Positions 1-13,254 of a DNA stretch of 64,000 bases are shown piece by piece (the stretch's first letter is position 1; every line of letters begins with the position of its first letter). The notes under the pieces are model-generated. The model made no database searches, was not told the origin of the DNA, and saw only the letters and a list, made by a program, of their open reading frames with translations. The DNA comes from Octopus vulgaris. Its lineage: Eukaryota. A program made the position numbers and the translations under genes. The stretch lies in contig OX597816.1 in assembly GCA_951406725.2 (NCBI GenBank), positions 66,092,001 to 66,156,000 on the forward strand. Direction: 5' to 3'.

Positions 1-255
1 ATAAAATTCTTTTTTTTTTTTATTAATATTTAAAGAAAATATCTTTAAAAAAATAATAATGAAATAAAAATAATCCAAACTGGTTCAGTGGAGTATGTGT
101 CCGTGTTACAGTTTTCCCTATCTTCTGATGTGCACATCAAACTTGCTATCAAACTTTAACACAATCTTTATACCTACACCATTCACTGAACGGTGAAATT
201 AGCAGAAAGAAAACACATTTGTGTCTTCATAATCAGTTACTCTCCCCCATTTAAG

Positions 256-635
256 TATACACACATGCATATATATATACATGTATATATATTTATGTAT
301 ATATATATATATATACACACACACACATACATGTATATATAATATATACACATACATACATGTATATATAATATATATATACATATACATACATGTATAT
401 ATATACATACATTTTTATGTATATACATACTTGTGTATATATATATATACATATGTATGTATATATATATACATATATATTCATAGGTATATTCATGTGT
501 ATGTCTGTAAATTTATGTGTGTGTGTATATCTATATCTGTGTGTGTGTATATATATTTGTGTACATATATATGTATGTGTATATAAATATGTATGTGTGT
601 ATATATAATATACTACACACATTTTGTGTGTGTAT
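256..635. repeat. Compound (TA)n/(CA)n/(TG)n microsatellite
   Basis: Dinucleotide runs visible directly; they explain the YIYI/VCVC ORFs. Confidence 0.95.
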
Positions 636-1763
636 CTGTTGAAGATACATACACCATTGTTTTGTTTTTTTTTTCCAATTAATTGAATTATTATTTTGAT
701 ATAAAATTGGTTAATTTTGCATTCATTCATTCATAATCAGAAATACTATTTTCATAGTATACAACTTTTGTTGTTCGCTGGGGAAAATTATTATTTAAAT
801 TTGTTACTTTGTCTTGTTACTACTATTGTTGTTGTTTTTTCTCTGTTTTCCTTGTTAATTAGAGAGGAGAATCAGCAATAACATTTCCCAAATTCAGCTC
901 CTGTTCAAACTATTTGCAATATTTGATAGCACTTGCTATTGTGCCACCAGATTCTTAAGTCTATCCTCTCCATCAATAATAAGCCTTTTGACTTAATATC
1001 TCTTCATTTTTCAGTTGAAACTGCTGGAAAAAAAATGCCTCCATTACATATTCTGTGCAAGCCTTGTTGTAGTACATGTAAATATCATTTGACTTCCATT
1101 GACTTTTTTTTTCTTTCCTTTCAAATGTTAATTAATTTGTTATTATGAAATTAATGATTGCGAATTGAATGGAATATCAGGGTTTATTAATATTAAATAT
1201 GGAATTTTTATTTCTGGGAAGGCATTGTTTTGTTATTTTGTGTGAAGATTTATATGTTATCTGTGTGTATGTATTCTCATGTACTCTTACATATATGTGT
1301 GTGCAGTAGGTATGCCATAGAACTTTTAAGCAAATGCTAGAATACTTAATACATGGAGTTAGTGTTTATATTATCTATTTATAATTTACTGCTTCATTAC
1401 TCTGAGTTTCATGCCAAGTTTTAGAAAAGTATACTTTAGCACGCAGTCACCTAATGACTGCTCAATGAGAAATTCAGACTGATGGTGATGATGATAATGC
1501 AAAATGTTAAACGCTGAATTATATATAACAAAAAATACTATTTTTCAAGCTACATTAGATATTAACTTTTATAAGGTTTTCATGTGTATGGATGTGTGTT
1601 TAAAGTTGGCAGTAAGCCAGTTGGTGTGGTAAGATTACATAATAGCCAAGTGAGTTACACTTGTAAATATCAGCCAAATCAGTTTTACCAATTTTCATAA
1701 TTTACTTTCTGGTTGAGCTAGACAAAGTATATAAATTGAATTGATGATACTTTGTCTTGCTGC

Positions 1764-1804
<41 letters not shown>

Positions 1805-1810
<6 letters not shown>

Positions 1811-2164
1811 GGGAGTATATCCAAACTTACAGGGAAAAATTAGATCTAGGATTAAATAAAATTTCACAGTATAAATATAAATTAAATTAGAGATAAAACC
1901 ACTATTAGGCAACTCAAACAGTGATAGACATAAACCAAAACATAAAAGACAAAAAATAAATATAATTAATATAATATATAATATATATATGAAATATAAA
2001 ATTTAAAATTTAAAATTTATATTTTTATATTTTTAAATTTTTAAACTTAAAAATTTTTTTTTAATATAACTAACCAAAAAGTATAAAAAAGTTAAATATA
2101 ATATAATAAGTAATATCACTGTTTGAGTTGCCTAATAGTGGTTTTATCTCTAATTTAATTTATA
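1805..2164. mobile_element. Fold-back element in (TA)n, probably a PLE pLTR remnant
   Basis: 51-bp inverted repeat at 1876-1926 / 2114-2164; extra tail on the left arm starting TTAGGG; (TA)n on both sides; no HHR core seen. Confidence 0.6.
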
Positions 2165-2649
2165 TATATATATAATAAATGAAAAATGTTTCTGTTAATT
2201 ATGTAATAAAAATATATATTTTAGTCTCTTTAGTATTACTTTTTAAGGACAGCTCATTTATTAATAAAGTTAGCAACTTACTGGAGTTGTTATAACGCCT
2301 TTATGTTAACTGAAAGAATTAAATAAATGAAATTTTGCTTCACTGACTGCTAAATATGTGCGTTGTGTGGATCTTAACAGTAGTTTTTAATTGTAGCTAC
2401 ATTGAACTATTAAGTATATGTGTGTGAGTGTGTATATGTATATATACATATATATTGTATATGTAGTCTTTAAATTGTTGGCTGGATTAAACTCTCATAA
2501 GAAACATAGACACTGAAATAAAAACAAAAGGAAAAGAAAAAAATGCTCTTAGATTCTTATACATCAAAATCAACAGGAGAATCTATAACCATATATATAT
2601 ATATTATCATGGGAAAATGGTGAGGATTTTTCAGATTCAACATTAATTA

Positions 2650-2860
2650 CTGTTTCTAGCATAGGTATAAGGCCTGGTATTTGGGGGAAGAGAGTTAGCT
2701 AATACCATTGTCTCCAATACATAACTGACACTTTATTTCATTGACCCAAGAGGGTGATGAAAAATAATATTGACCTCAATGGAATTTGAACTCAGGACAT
2801 AAAGATCAACTATTGCAAAGCATTTTCTCCTATGCGCTAATGATTTTGCCAGTTCATCTC
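2650..2860 (-). mobile_element. SINE family 2 (tRNA head + Meta-like domain), decayed
   Basis: Reverse complement of GAGTTCAAATTCC..GAGGTC..CATC..GGGTCAATGAAATAA; matches 50191-50424. Confidence 0.7.
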
Positions 2861-4079
2861 CCCTATTCAAATGCTAATAATAGAGCCAATTTAACATATT
2901 GATATAGAACGATAATTGATATTCAGAAATATGTATGACATGCTTAAATTTTTCAGCTTATAATCAAGAAGTATATGACTTAATTTATCCAATAATTATT
3001 AGAATATTTAAATATTAAAAAAAAATCAAAAACAGTTATCAACAAAATTTATAATCAGATGAGGTCGTCAAAAATATATCTAGGAAAAAGGAAAAGTTAA
3101 ACCTAAAAGTGTCTGTCTGTTAAATCTTCTTCTTTGTATTTGTCTTTTGTATGATTCTTTCCTTTCTGTAAATATTCAGCTGCTTTAATTTAGTTTTATT
3201 TTGTTGTTTTATGTTTATTTACCATCCTAGCATTCATAAGCTGGGTGTGTAAATATTTATATTTGTTTCAGTCAGTGTTTTGTAGATGAATATCTAATCC
3301 TATTCCAGTACCTGGGTAGACTACTTGAGATGTTAGAGTAAATACCTCTCTTGACGACACAAGACATTGTCTGCAACAAGGCTTCAACCTGTGGCCTAGG
3401 AATAAGCATTTACTACACTTTTAACTCCAACTAACATTGATTTGTTCACAACCAACCCAGTCCTTTAGGATTCCAAATTATTTCTATATTGATGAGCTTT
3501 TCCAGTAGTTCACTGTGTTTTCTGTAGTTACATATCTGTTGCAGATACAATTCTTGATAACATTAAATTTTATGCTAGAAATTGGTGAGACAAGAATCAA
3601 AGTAAATTACTACAGGAGACTATTTTATACCTCAGACCCTTGATTAGCAGCCTTACCAAACTAATTGTTGTTTTAAATTCCCTTTCATACACAACAAAAA
3701 TAAGCAATAATCACTTATTTAAATTCGTTGTAAGCAATGTAAGTAGTATTAGTTCAAAACTGCATTTTGCATATCTTACTTAATGTAGATATACTGTGAG
3801 GAAGCCACAATATTATATAGATGTGCTACAAAGTTGCACTATGCATCAGTAGCATCACCACTGCTAGATGCTTGGCATCTGCTAGTGACACACTTCTGTG
3901 CTTTTTAGTACTATACATCTATACAAAATGCTTTCTCAAGACAAATACCACAGTATTGTGGCTTCCTTATAGTATATCCACATTAAGTAAGATGTACAGA
4001 ATGCTATTTATTTAAATGCCTTTCATTGCCAAATAAATCAGCTTTCACACTGATAATATTTGAAATGTTGGAATAAAAC

Positions 4080-4303
4080 AAATGGTTTCTGACTTAGACA
4101 CAAGGACAGCAATTTTGAAGAGAATAACTAGTTTGATTATTATCAACCTCAGTACTTGACTAGTACATTATTTTATCAACCCCAAAGAATGAAAGGTAAA
4201 ATTGACCCCAGCAGGATTTGAACTCAGGAATGTAAAGAGCCGGAACAAATACTGCAAAGCATTTTACCCAATGCTCTAACAATTCTGCCAAGCTCACTGC
4301 CTT
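4080..4303 (-). mobile_element. SINE family 2, decayed
   Basis: AAGGCAGTGAGC..GGCAGAATTGTTAG head on the minus strand; same body as other copies. Confidence 0.75.
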
Positions 4304-4579
4304 GAAAACAAATATTAAAGACAACAAACATCATACATTTAATTCCTGATTTAGACTAAGCTTTATTTCTCTCCTGTCATTAATAGCCTAATAATAATAA
4401 GTTATTTCTCAACTTATTAACCCTTTAAAAATTTCCACATTAGTATATGCCTGTTTTTCCCTGCAAGCATGGCTTAGAGGAATATGTTATTAAGACACTG
4501 TTTTAAAGTCAGATACCCAGGCTGACACTAAGCTTTGTTTTTCAAGAAACGGAGCTCCTATTCAATAATTTCATATATC

Positions 4580-5085
4580 CAAAGCACCATCCAAACATGG
4601 TCAATGTCAGCCCCCTTGCCCTGACTGGCTCCTGTGCTGGTGGCATGTAAAAAGCACCATCCGAATGTGGTCGATGCCAGCACCGCCTGACTGGCTCCTG
4701 TGCCAGTGGCATGTAAAATACACCATCCGAACATGGTCAATGCCAGCCCCCTTGCCTCGACTGGCTCCTGTGCCTATGGCATGTAAAAAGCACCATCTGA
4801 ATGTGGTCGATGCCAGCAATGCCTGACCAGCTCCTGTGCCAGTGGCACATAAAATGCACCATCCGAACATGGTCGATGCCAGCCCCCTTGCCTCGACTGG
4901 CTCCTGTGCCTGTCGCATGTAAATAGCACTCACTACACTCTTGGAGTGGTTGATGTTAGGAAGGGCATCCAGCTGTAAAAAAACATTGCCAGATCAGATT
5001 AGAGCCTGGTGCAGCCTCCTGGCTTGTCAAACCCCAGTCCAACCCATGCCAGCATAGAAAACAGATATTAAATGATGATGATGAG
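4580..5085 (+). mobile_element. SINE-like family 3 ((GAT)n tail) with internal 70/66-bp tandem array
   Basis: CACCATC units at 4585, 4655, 4721, 4791, 4857; then GTTAGGAAGGGCATCCAGC core, CCATGCCAGCAT and a GAT tail. Confidence 0.8.
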
Positions 5086-5109
5086 AGAGAGATAGATAAA
5101 TATACACAC

Positions 5110-5147
<38 letters not shown>

Positions 5148-5307
5148 AAATAACAATGGGAATACTAGTATGTCTAGATGATGTGTAGCCAGATTAGCCA
5201 TAAAAGTATTTTTGGTAGTCTTGATGCAGCATCTTATGCACTCTAGAATAAATATGTAAAATATGTAGCTGAGATGCACACTTACGCACATACATACATA
5301 CATGCAT

Positions 5308-6065
5308 CTAGAATCCAAGAACAGGAGATTGCTAAGAAATACATACTAAACAAGTGACACTGAAGCCTTTGGAGTTCCAAGATGCAACCGAAAATGTAGA
5401 ATGTGTCATAATTCTGTGGAAGACGTCACACATGGGATTAGCAGCTGCCCAAAAATGTCATCAAAATACTACCTCCCTATGCAACATGATGTTGTCGCAA
5501 AAACAATATACAATGCTATCCAGAAAAAAGACTGTCCTGGAACAAATATAGAGAATCACCCTGTTATTGAATACAAAGACAGACATCAACACAAGGAATA
5601 CAAGTGGAACATTCCCATCAAAATATCTGCCATATGTAAACCTAACTGGCTGGATTTTTGTTGTTTGGGACAGACTATGAAATGTATGTACCATCATAGA
5701 GGTCAGCTGTCCTGCTGATGAATAGCTCTTTGAAAATCAAAGAGAAAGAGGATAATTATGGACAATTGATTTGAGACTTCCAGATTATAAATTCACATTT
5801 ATACCAATAATAATTTATACATTTGGTCTTGTGAGTAAATGCCTAAGTAATGATCCTGATAAGCTAAGGTTTTCAGAAAAAGAAGTCAATCAACTGATTC
5901 TCTCATTATAAATGCAATCTATAATTGGAACAGTAAAAATATACGAGACTTTTCTCAAGTTTAGAATGTGACATTAAGTCATATACATTCCAACAATGGA
6001 GCTTCGTGTCTTTGTTAGAAACCAGCTCCTTTCTTAGAGGAAAAATTTAAATAATTATAAACAAA
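5308..6065 (+). mobile_element. 5'-truncated, decayed RLE non-LTR retrotransposon (R4/Dong-like)
   Basis: IQEQEIAK, CHNSVEDVTHGISSCP (CCHC knuckle), QHD, WNIPIK; frameshifts; 16-bp direct repeat ACATACATACATGCAT at 5292-5307 and 6066-6081. Confidence 0.8.
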
Positions 6066-6699
6066 ACATACATACATGCATGCACACTCACACACACACA
6101 CAAATACCTGCATGCACACACACATACATATATAAATAAGCTTCAAAGAAAGATAAAGAGGGAAAAAACTAAGAGGTTAAGTCAGAACAAAAAGAATCCA
6201 CAATAAATATTTCTTCCTTTAATTATTAGCTCCTAATGGAGTCATAGTGAAACCATCACGGCATACAGCACATTTTGATCATTTTAAACCTAGCAGAACC
6301 TAGTGTCCTCCACATCCAAACATAACCAATCTTTTTTGAGAAAGAATAGCAAAGTTGATGCTGACAGGATTTGGGCTCAGAGTGAAGGGAGGCCAAATGA
6401 TTACCACAAGGCTTTCTACCCGATGCCCTAATGGCTTTGCCAATTTACTACCTAATAAGAAATTAACTTAATAACATTAAGGAAACTGTTTTAATTAAGT
6501 AAGCAGAGGAAACTATATTTAAAATGTTGATTCTATGAGCAAATTACTCAGGGATGTCTTCTGCTTGGAAAGCAATAGCTAAGTTAGTGTTAACATAATC
6601 AATGTAGTGAGCATTAAAAAAAAGATTATTGACAGCTCATAAGAAAATTTCTTAATTGCCATGACAATATTGTACATTTCAGCAAGTATGATGAATCCT

Positions 6700-6740
6700 G
6701 TTTATCACTGTTGAGGTCTAAGACTGAAACATGTCCAGAG
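6700..6740 (+). ncRNA. Decayed hammerhead-like motif
   Basis: CTGTTGA-GGTC taa GACT-GAAA-CATG-TC; stem I does not pair convincingly. Confidence 0.35.
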
Positions 6741-7009
6741 TTGTCTCCTATTCTTGCTAGAATGATGACAATAATATTAGGTATTGGAACAATGTTGGCT
6801 TCATCACCATATAATCATTTTTAAATAGATTAGCAAGAGAGAAGATAGCACTCCATTGACCCCTGGAATATGGTTGTCCAATATGCAGTAGTGTATCCCA
6901 TATGAACTGTAGGTGCATGAGAGGGGCAGTAAGATCGCAGGCAAGCTAACAATGAAGTCAGATTTCATATGTAGCAAATGAAAATAAAGGAGTAATTAGT
7001 TGTTAGAAA

Positions 7010-7235
7010 ACCTTTTATCTTTTGCTTGTTTCAGTCACTAGGCTGCAGCCATGCTGGGGCACCACCTTCAAAGTTTGTAGTTGAACAAACCAACTCTAGT
7101 TTTGTCTTTTAAGTCTGGTACTTGTTTTCTTGGTCTCTTGTGCTGAACCACTAAGTTACAGGGAAATAAACAAACAAACATCAGTTGTCGAGCAGTAAAG
7201 ATGGAAACAAGCACAAAGACACACACACATAGACG
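7010..7235 (-). mobile_element. SINE family 1, decayed 3' half
   Basis: Reverse complement of the GGTGCTCCAGCATGGCC..GACTGAAACAAG tail. Confidence 0.7.
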
Positions 7236-7292
7236 TATACACAAATACATATATGTGTATATATATATATATATAAATTATTGGCTTCCACA

Positions 7293-7676
7293 TAGGCACA
7301 GGAGTGGCTGTGTGGTAAGTAGCTTGCTTACCAACATGGTTCCGGGTTCATTCCCACTGCGTGGCACCTTGGGCAAGTGTCTTCTACTATAGCCTCGGGC
7401 TGACCAAAGTGGATTTGGTTGATGGAAACTGAAAGAAGCCCGTCATATATATGTATGTATATATATATATGTATGTGTGTGTGTGTGTTTGTCACCCCAA
7501 CATCGCTTGACAACCGATGCTGGTGTGTTTACGTCCCTGTAACTTAACAGTTCAGCAAAAGAGACCGATAGAATAAGTATTAGGCTTACAAAGAATAAGT
7601 CCTGGGGTCGATTTGCTCGACTAAAGGCGGTGCTCCAGCATGGCCACAGTCAAATGACTGAAACAAGTAAAAGAGT
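7293..7676 (+). mobile_element. SINE family 1 (tRNA-derived, octopus OK/OR-type)
   Basis: A-box-like TGGCTGTGTGG, B-box-like GGGTTCATTCCC, GGCACCTTGGGCAAGTG, internal (TA)(TG), AGTAAAAG tail; more than 10 copies in the window. Confidence 0.9.
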
Positions 7677-7699
7677 ATATATGAAGTGTAATGTTACAT

Positions 7700-8108
7700 G
7701 TGTAGGAGTGACTGTGTGGTTAGTAGCTTGCTTACCAACCACATGGTTCCGGGTTCAGTCCCACTGCATGGCACCTTGGGCAAGTGTCTTCTACTATTGC
7801 CTCAGGCCAACCAAAGCCTTGTGAGTGGATTTGGTAGACGGAAACTGAAAGAAGCCCATCATATATGTATGTGTGTGTGTGTGTGTGTATATGTTTGTGT
7901 GTCTGTATTTGTTCCCCCCGCCCAACATTGCTTGACAACTGATGGTGATGTGTTTACGTATCCATAACTTAGTGGTTCAGCAAAAGCGACCGATAGAATA
8001 AGTACTAGGCTTACAAAGAATAAGCCCTGGGACCGATTTGCTCAACTAAAGGTGGTGCTCCAGCATGGCCACAGTCAAATGACTGAAACAAATAAAAGAG
8101 TAAAAGAG
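7700..8108 (+). mobile_element. SINE family 1, second copy in tandem
   Basis: Same structure as 7293-7676. Confidence 0.9.
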
Positions 8109-8109
8109 G

Positions 8110-8440
8110 GTGGTAAAACATGAGCACTGAAGTCAGAAAATATGCAAAGGCTGGAAAAAAAATGAAGAGAACATACTCAAGACAATATATAAATGAACTG
8201 AGAAAATAACTGGATGTAAGAGCAATCAGATACAAGACAGAATACTGTAGTCAGACATATGAGACGAATGGATGAAGAAAGTTTGGTAAAGAAATTCCAA
8301 GTGGAAGGAATTTGTAGAAGATGAAACCATGGAAAGAAATGGTGAAGGCTGATCTCAAGAGGTTGAACTTCACAAATGAGATAACATAGAACTGCAACGA
8401 GTCGTAGGACATAGAGCTAGAGAAGACACACCAAGACAAT
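8110..8440 (+). mobile_element. RTE-like LINE 3' remnant
   Basis: Decayed HMRRMDEESLVKK..WKEMVKADLKRL, typical of the RTE ORF end. Confidence 0.5.
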
Positions 8441-8474
8441 GCAACCTGGCTGGCTCCATTTCCAACAATATATT

Positions 8475-9095
8475 TATTTCTTTATTGCCCACAAGGGGCT
8501 AAACATAGAGGGGACAAACAAGAACAGATAAAGAGATTAAGTCAATTACAACGTAAAAAAAGACAAAATACCTATTTCTAAACACAGAGAGGACAGACAA
8601 ACGGATTAAATCAATTATATCAACCCCAGTGCATAACTGGTACTTATTGGTGGAATTTGAACTCAGAACGTAAAGATAGACAAAATACCTATTTCTTTAC
8701 TACCCACAAGGGGCTAAACATAGAGGGGACAAACAAGAACAGACAAAGAAATTAAGTCGATTACATCGATCCCAGTACGCAGTTGGTATTTATTTCATCA
8801 ACCCCGAAAGGATGAAAGGCAAAGTTGACCTCGGTGGAATTTGAACTCAGAACGTAAAGACAGACAAAATACCTATTTCTTTACTACCCATAAGGGGCTA
8901 AACACAGAGAGGACAGACAAAGGGATTAAGTCGATTATATCAACCCCAGTGCATAACTGGTACTTAATTTATTGACCCCGAAAAGATGAAAGGCAAAGTC
9001 GACCTCGGTGGAATTTGAACTCAGAACGTAAAGACAGATGAAATGCCGCTAAGCATTTCGCCCAATGTGCTAACGTTTCTGCTAGCTCACGGCCT
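8475..9095 (-). mobile_element. SINE family 2 with internally triplicated 3' portion
   Basis: Three repeats of CCCACAAGGGGCTAAACA..GACAAA..TTAAGTC and of GGTGGAATTTGAACTCAGAACGTAAAGA. Confidence 0.85.
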
Positions 9096-9282
9096 TTTTC
9101 CACAATATATTGCAAAATAGTTTCCTTTGCTCAGCAGTTTCTTACACTGCCCACAAACATTAGATCCTACCCCTAGTGATTTAGTCGTGCACTGCTCTTA
9201 ATATTGCTCACTTCTTCCTTTACAATGCATCACAGAATACTGTGTTGCTTGCCTTGAGAAGATCTCTCATATAGACTCATGA

Positions 9283-9692
9283 TGCATAAAAGCAATTGTA
9301 ATTTTATTGTTGGTAGATGAGAAACATCTGCTACAGCCGCCACAGTGCCAGATTATGTGATTTCATCCTGCTAAGGGCTCATCACTGACAGATGTCCAGC
9401 AGTGATATAACAGCTGAATCTTCCATCAACAATGTATAGAATAACAGTGTCTATTCAAGCCAGTGGACTTAGTAAAACATAATTAATAACAACAGAAACA
9501 ATATTAATACCAAATGGAAATCTTGATATCCACCTTAATGAGGAGGTTGTGTTAGATCACAGAATACTCCACTATTTAACTTGAGAGGAATTCTTATATG
9601 GATTTGTGGTACATAAAAGCACTTGTAATTATATTGTTGATAGTCAAAAACCATCTGCTACAACTGCCGGAACTGTCAGATCATGTGATTTA
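9283..9692. repeat. Diverged direct repeat, about 80 bp, about 326 bp apart
   Basis: CATAAAAGCA.TTGTAATT.TATTGTTG..CATCTGCTACA..CAGAT.ATGTGATTT occurs twice. Confidence 0.65.
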
Positions 9693-9704
9693 GCTATATA
9701 CATA

Positions 9705-10043
9705 TAACCATAGCAGGTAGAGTGGTTGATGTCTTTTCCAACCATGCCCCACATTTAGTAATTGATAGGATTACAATCAGGGGAATTAGGGGGCCAGAAA
9801 TTGGGGCTGGTGAAGATTTTAGAAGTTCTCCAGCAACCACTTCTGACTCTTTCCAGAAGTATGGCAAAGAGCCAGATCTTGCTGCCATATGTGAGGCTTT
9901 CCTACAGCAACCCTCTCCATCCAGAGTTTGACCACAGTCTTCAACAGCTTCACATAGCCACCTGAATTGAGCCTAAGACCCTGTTCAAAGACATGGGACA
10001 GCATGACATCACCTTCACTGGAGATACACCCAAAGACCATCAT
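9705..10043 (-). pseudogene. maT/Bmmar1-like (DD37D) transposase fragment
   Basis: MVFGCISSEG..WQQDLALCHTS..WPPNSPDCNP. Confidence 0.85.
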
Positions 10044-10354
10044 AGTTTAATGATGATCATTATGACAAATGATAACCATGATTTTAAGTTTCATGCAAAG
10101 GTGATGCTTCTGTGCTCATCAGATAGGTATGTTATGGATCTGAGTCCAACACTGCTAAAAATGTCTGCTACAGAAGATCTGCACACAAAATTTTTGAGAA
10201 AGAAAAATGGTTATAAGAGAAAGAACAAATTGTCATGACTGAGAGGAGCAGTAACTCATGACCAAGACTTGAAGGGTTAATTCCCTAGCTAGGAGAAAGT
10301 TCATTGGGATCAAAGACTGAACTTCCAGGCCACACTGCACCTATGCTGTATTGC

Positions 10355-10559
10355 TTTGACTGTGGTGATGCTGGGGAACCACCTTAAAGGGTTTTAGTTG
10401 AACAAATAGATCCCAGGACTTATTCTTTGTAAACCTAGTTCTTATTCTATCAGTCTCTTTTGCTGGACCACTGGGTTACAGGGACGTAAACACACAAACA
10501 TTGGTTGTCAAGAAATTGTGGTGGGACAGTGCACAAATGTAAAATATATACATATGTAT

Positions 10560-10606
<47 letters not shown>

Positions 10607-10790
10607 CATACATACATACATACATGTATACAATGGGCTTCTTTCAATTTCCATCTACCAAATCCACTCACAAGGCTTTGGTCGGTTTGAGGCTGTAGCT
10701 GAAGACACTTACCCAAGGTGCCATGCAGTGAGACTGAACCTGGAACTATGCACTTGGAAAGCAAGTTTCTTACCACACAGTCACACCTGT
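10355..10790 (-). mobile_element. SINE family 1
   Basis: Full reverse-complement copy with an expanded internal (TA)n. Confidence 0.85.
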
Positions 10791-10834
10791 GTCTATATTT
10801 ACTCACACACACACACACACATATATATATAAGT

Positions 10835-11298
10835 TTATATAAATAAGGATAAGATCGTTATTTAAATATCAATCTTATCAAGTGCCCAGCATGGGAATAA
10901 AAACCTTCAAAGGTAATAATTATTATTAAAATTATAATTTAGGGTATCTAAGAGATACCACCACGCTGGAAATAGCAGCAAAAACTTGACTCTAAAACCA
11001 CATTAAATGTTCATACAGCACCAGGAGAGAAGACAAAAAGACAAAATAAACTAGCAAAAATTTACTGGATAATTCCAGATCCCGGATTTCTGACTCTGCA
11101 TAAGAAATGCTTTGCCTCATCAGTGGAATATACACAGATAGCGCATAAATACAAATATATATATATATAACATATGAATACTTACATACATACTTTTTGT
11201 CTTCTCTCCTGGTTCTGGATGAACATTTAATGTGGTTTTAGAGTCAAGTTTTGGATGCTAATTGCAGTGTGGTGGTATCTCTTAGATACCCTAAATTA

Positions 11299-11303
<5 letters not shown>
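10835..11303. mobile_element. Fold-back HHR element (family B) in (TA)n
   Basis: Inverted arms 10930-11040 / 11193-11303; tail 10835-10929; second copy at 58165-58583. Confidence 0.85.
11072..11129 (-). ncRNA. Type I hammerhead ribozyme
   Basis: ATTCCA-CTGATGA-GGC..GCAT ttctt ATGC..GTC-A-GAAA-TCCgGGA-TC-TGGAAT; stems I, II and III all pair. Confidence 0.8.
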
Positions 11304-11341
<38 letters not shown>

Positions 11342-11629
11342 CACAGATGTGATCCAGAGATTCTCTTTATAGAAGACACTTAGTAATGCTCAAAAGATTC
11401 AAACTTAGACTCTGATGTCTTTAAAAAGGATCCTTCCACAAGGTAAAGGAAGCCTATAAGAGGGATCATGTTGAGTGAGTATAGAGACAATTATGCAGAT
11501 AAACAAATTAAATACATCAAATAAATTAAATATATTAAATACATCAAATGCAATATATGTATACATGCAAAACAAGAGAAAGAAAAAGGTGGAGACTTTC
11601 AGATGATAAATTTTTAAATATAAATATAT

Positions 11630-12022
11630 AGGTGCAGGAGTGGCTGTTTGGTATGTAGCTTGCTTACCAACCACATGGTTCTGGGTTCAGTCCCACTGCG
11701 TGGTACCTTGGGCAAGTGTCTTTTACTATAGCCGCGGGCCAATCAAAGCCTTGTGAGTGGATTTGGTTGACAGAAACAGAAAGAAGCTCATCGTATATAT
11801 GTGTATGCATATATATATATATGTGTGTGTCCGCGTTTGTCCTCCCAACATCGCTTGACAACTGATGCTGGTACGTTTACGTCCCCATAACTTAGCAGTT
11901 TGGCAAAAGAGACAGATAGAATATGTACTTGGCTTACAAAGAATAAGTCCTGGGGTTGATTTGCTCGACTAAAGGCAGCGCTCCAGCATGGCTGCAGTCA
12001 AATGACTGAAACAAGTAAAAGA
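11630..12022 (+). mobile_element. SINE family 1
   Basis: Full-length copy. Confidence 0.9.
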
Positions 12023-12041
12023 GATATTTATATTAATAAGT

Positions 12042-12330
12042 CATCATCATCATCATCATCATCATCATCGTTTAGCGTCCATTTTCCATGCTAGCATGGG
12101 TTGGACGGTTCAACTGGGGTCTGTGAAGCCAGAAGGCTTCATCAGGCTTAGTCAGATCTGGCAGTGTTTCTACGGCTGGATGCCCTTCCTAATGCCAACC
12201 ACTCCGTGAGTGTAGTGGGTGCTTTTTACATGCCACCCACACAGGTGCCAGACAGAGCTGGCAAACAGCCACGAACGGATGGTGCTTTTTATGTGCCACC
12301 GGCACGGGGACCAGGCGAGGCTGGCAAAGT
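12042..12330 (-). mobile_element. SINE-like family 3
   Basis: (ATC)n, TTTCCATGCTAGCATGG, GGATGCCCTTCCTAA. Confidence 0.85.
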
Positions 12331-12773
12331 CCAACTTACAAAAAGTACAAATGACAAAGAAAATTAAATGGGTGGAAGAAACAGCTGTTTGTGTAGGCTC
12401 GTCCATCCATAATAATGTTGGTAGATTTAGTTCATCACAATAGGCAGTCGTATGGATGCAGTTAACATTGGCTGAGATCAGCTCCCATCGTCAGGGTAGA
12501 GAAGATTTTACATTTCAGATCTTAATGCAGAGAAGTTCAACAAAATTTACCAACATTATTATGGATTGCCAAACCTACAGAAACAACTGTTAGACTTGCA
12601 ACTCCTTTCTTCCATCCAATAATTTTCTCAGTCATTTGTACTCTGTGTAAGTTGGAGCTATTTATATAAATATCTATATGTTTATACTTAAAAATTCATC
12701 ATCTCAAAGTCTCCACCTTTTGCTTTCTCTCATTTTGCATGTATACATACATACATACATACATACATACATA

Positions 12774-13153
12774 CACTTGCGTCAGAAATTAATTAGCACT
12801 TCTCAAATTTCTACATTAAATAGGTTAAATCAATTAACCTATGAGCTGTTCAAAACGTCTTACGCGATGAGAAAACTTAGTATGGTGTGATTTCGGTCCT
12901 TGCGAGGCGCTACCTATATCTATTAAACAAAGGAAGATTTGTCTGCATCCGCACTCCAAGTTGTTGTTGCACTGCTATGTCAACATCATAAGGCTGTAGA
13001 CTCTCAAACTGCTCTGCAAACAAAGTTACGTCATCGTTCTGCGCAACAGTGAACTCGCAACAAAGCAATAGTTCGAGATATGGCCACTAGGTGACAGCAC
13101 ATACCTTGAGTGAAGAGCAAATCAAGGGTGCTAATTAATTTCTGACGGTAGTG
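12774..13153. mobile_element. Tc1/mariner-type MITE, 380 bp
   Basis: TIRs CACTTGCGTCAGAAATTAATTAGCAC / GTGCTAATTAATTTCTGACGGTAGTG; TA target duplication on both sides. Confidence 0.85.
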
Positions 13154-13254
13154 TACATAGAATAATATATTTAATACATTTGATGTATCTAATTTGTTTA
13201 TCTGCATAATTGCCTATATATGTATGTGTGTGTGTATGTATATGTATATATATT

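Noticed and set aside
118-185. Minus-strand terminal exon (NGVGIKIVLKFDSKFDVHIRR*) after CTAAT..TTCAG
   Set aside because: Short, frame ambiguous, and no partner exon found
10835-11303. Fold-back elements as classical MITEs
   Set aside because: Asymmetric tail outside the repeat, variable turn point and HHR content fit PLE retrotransposition better
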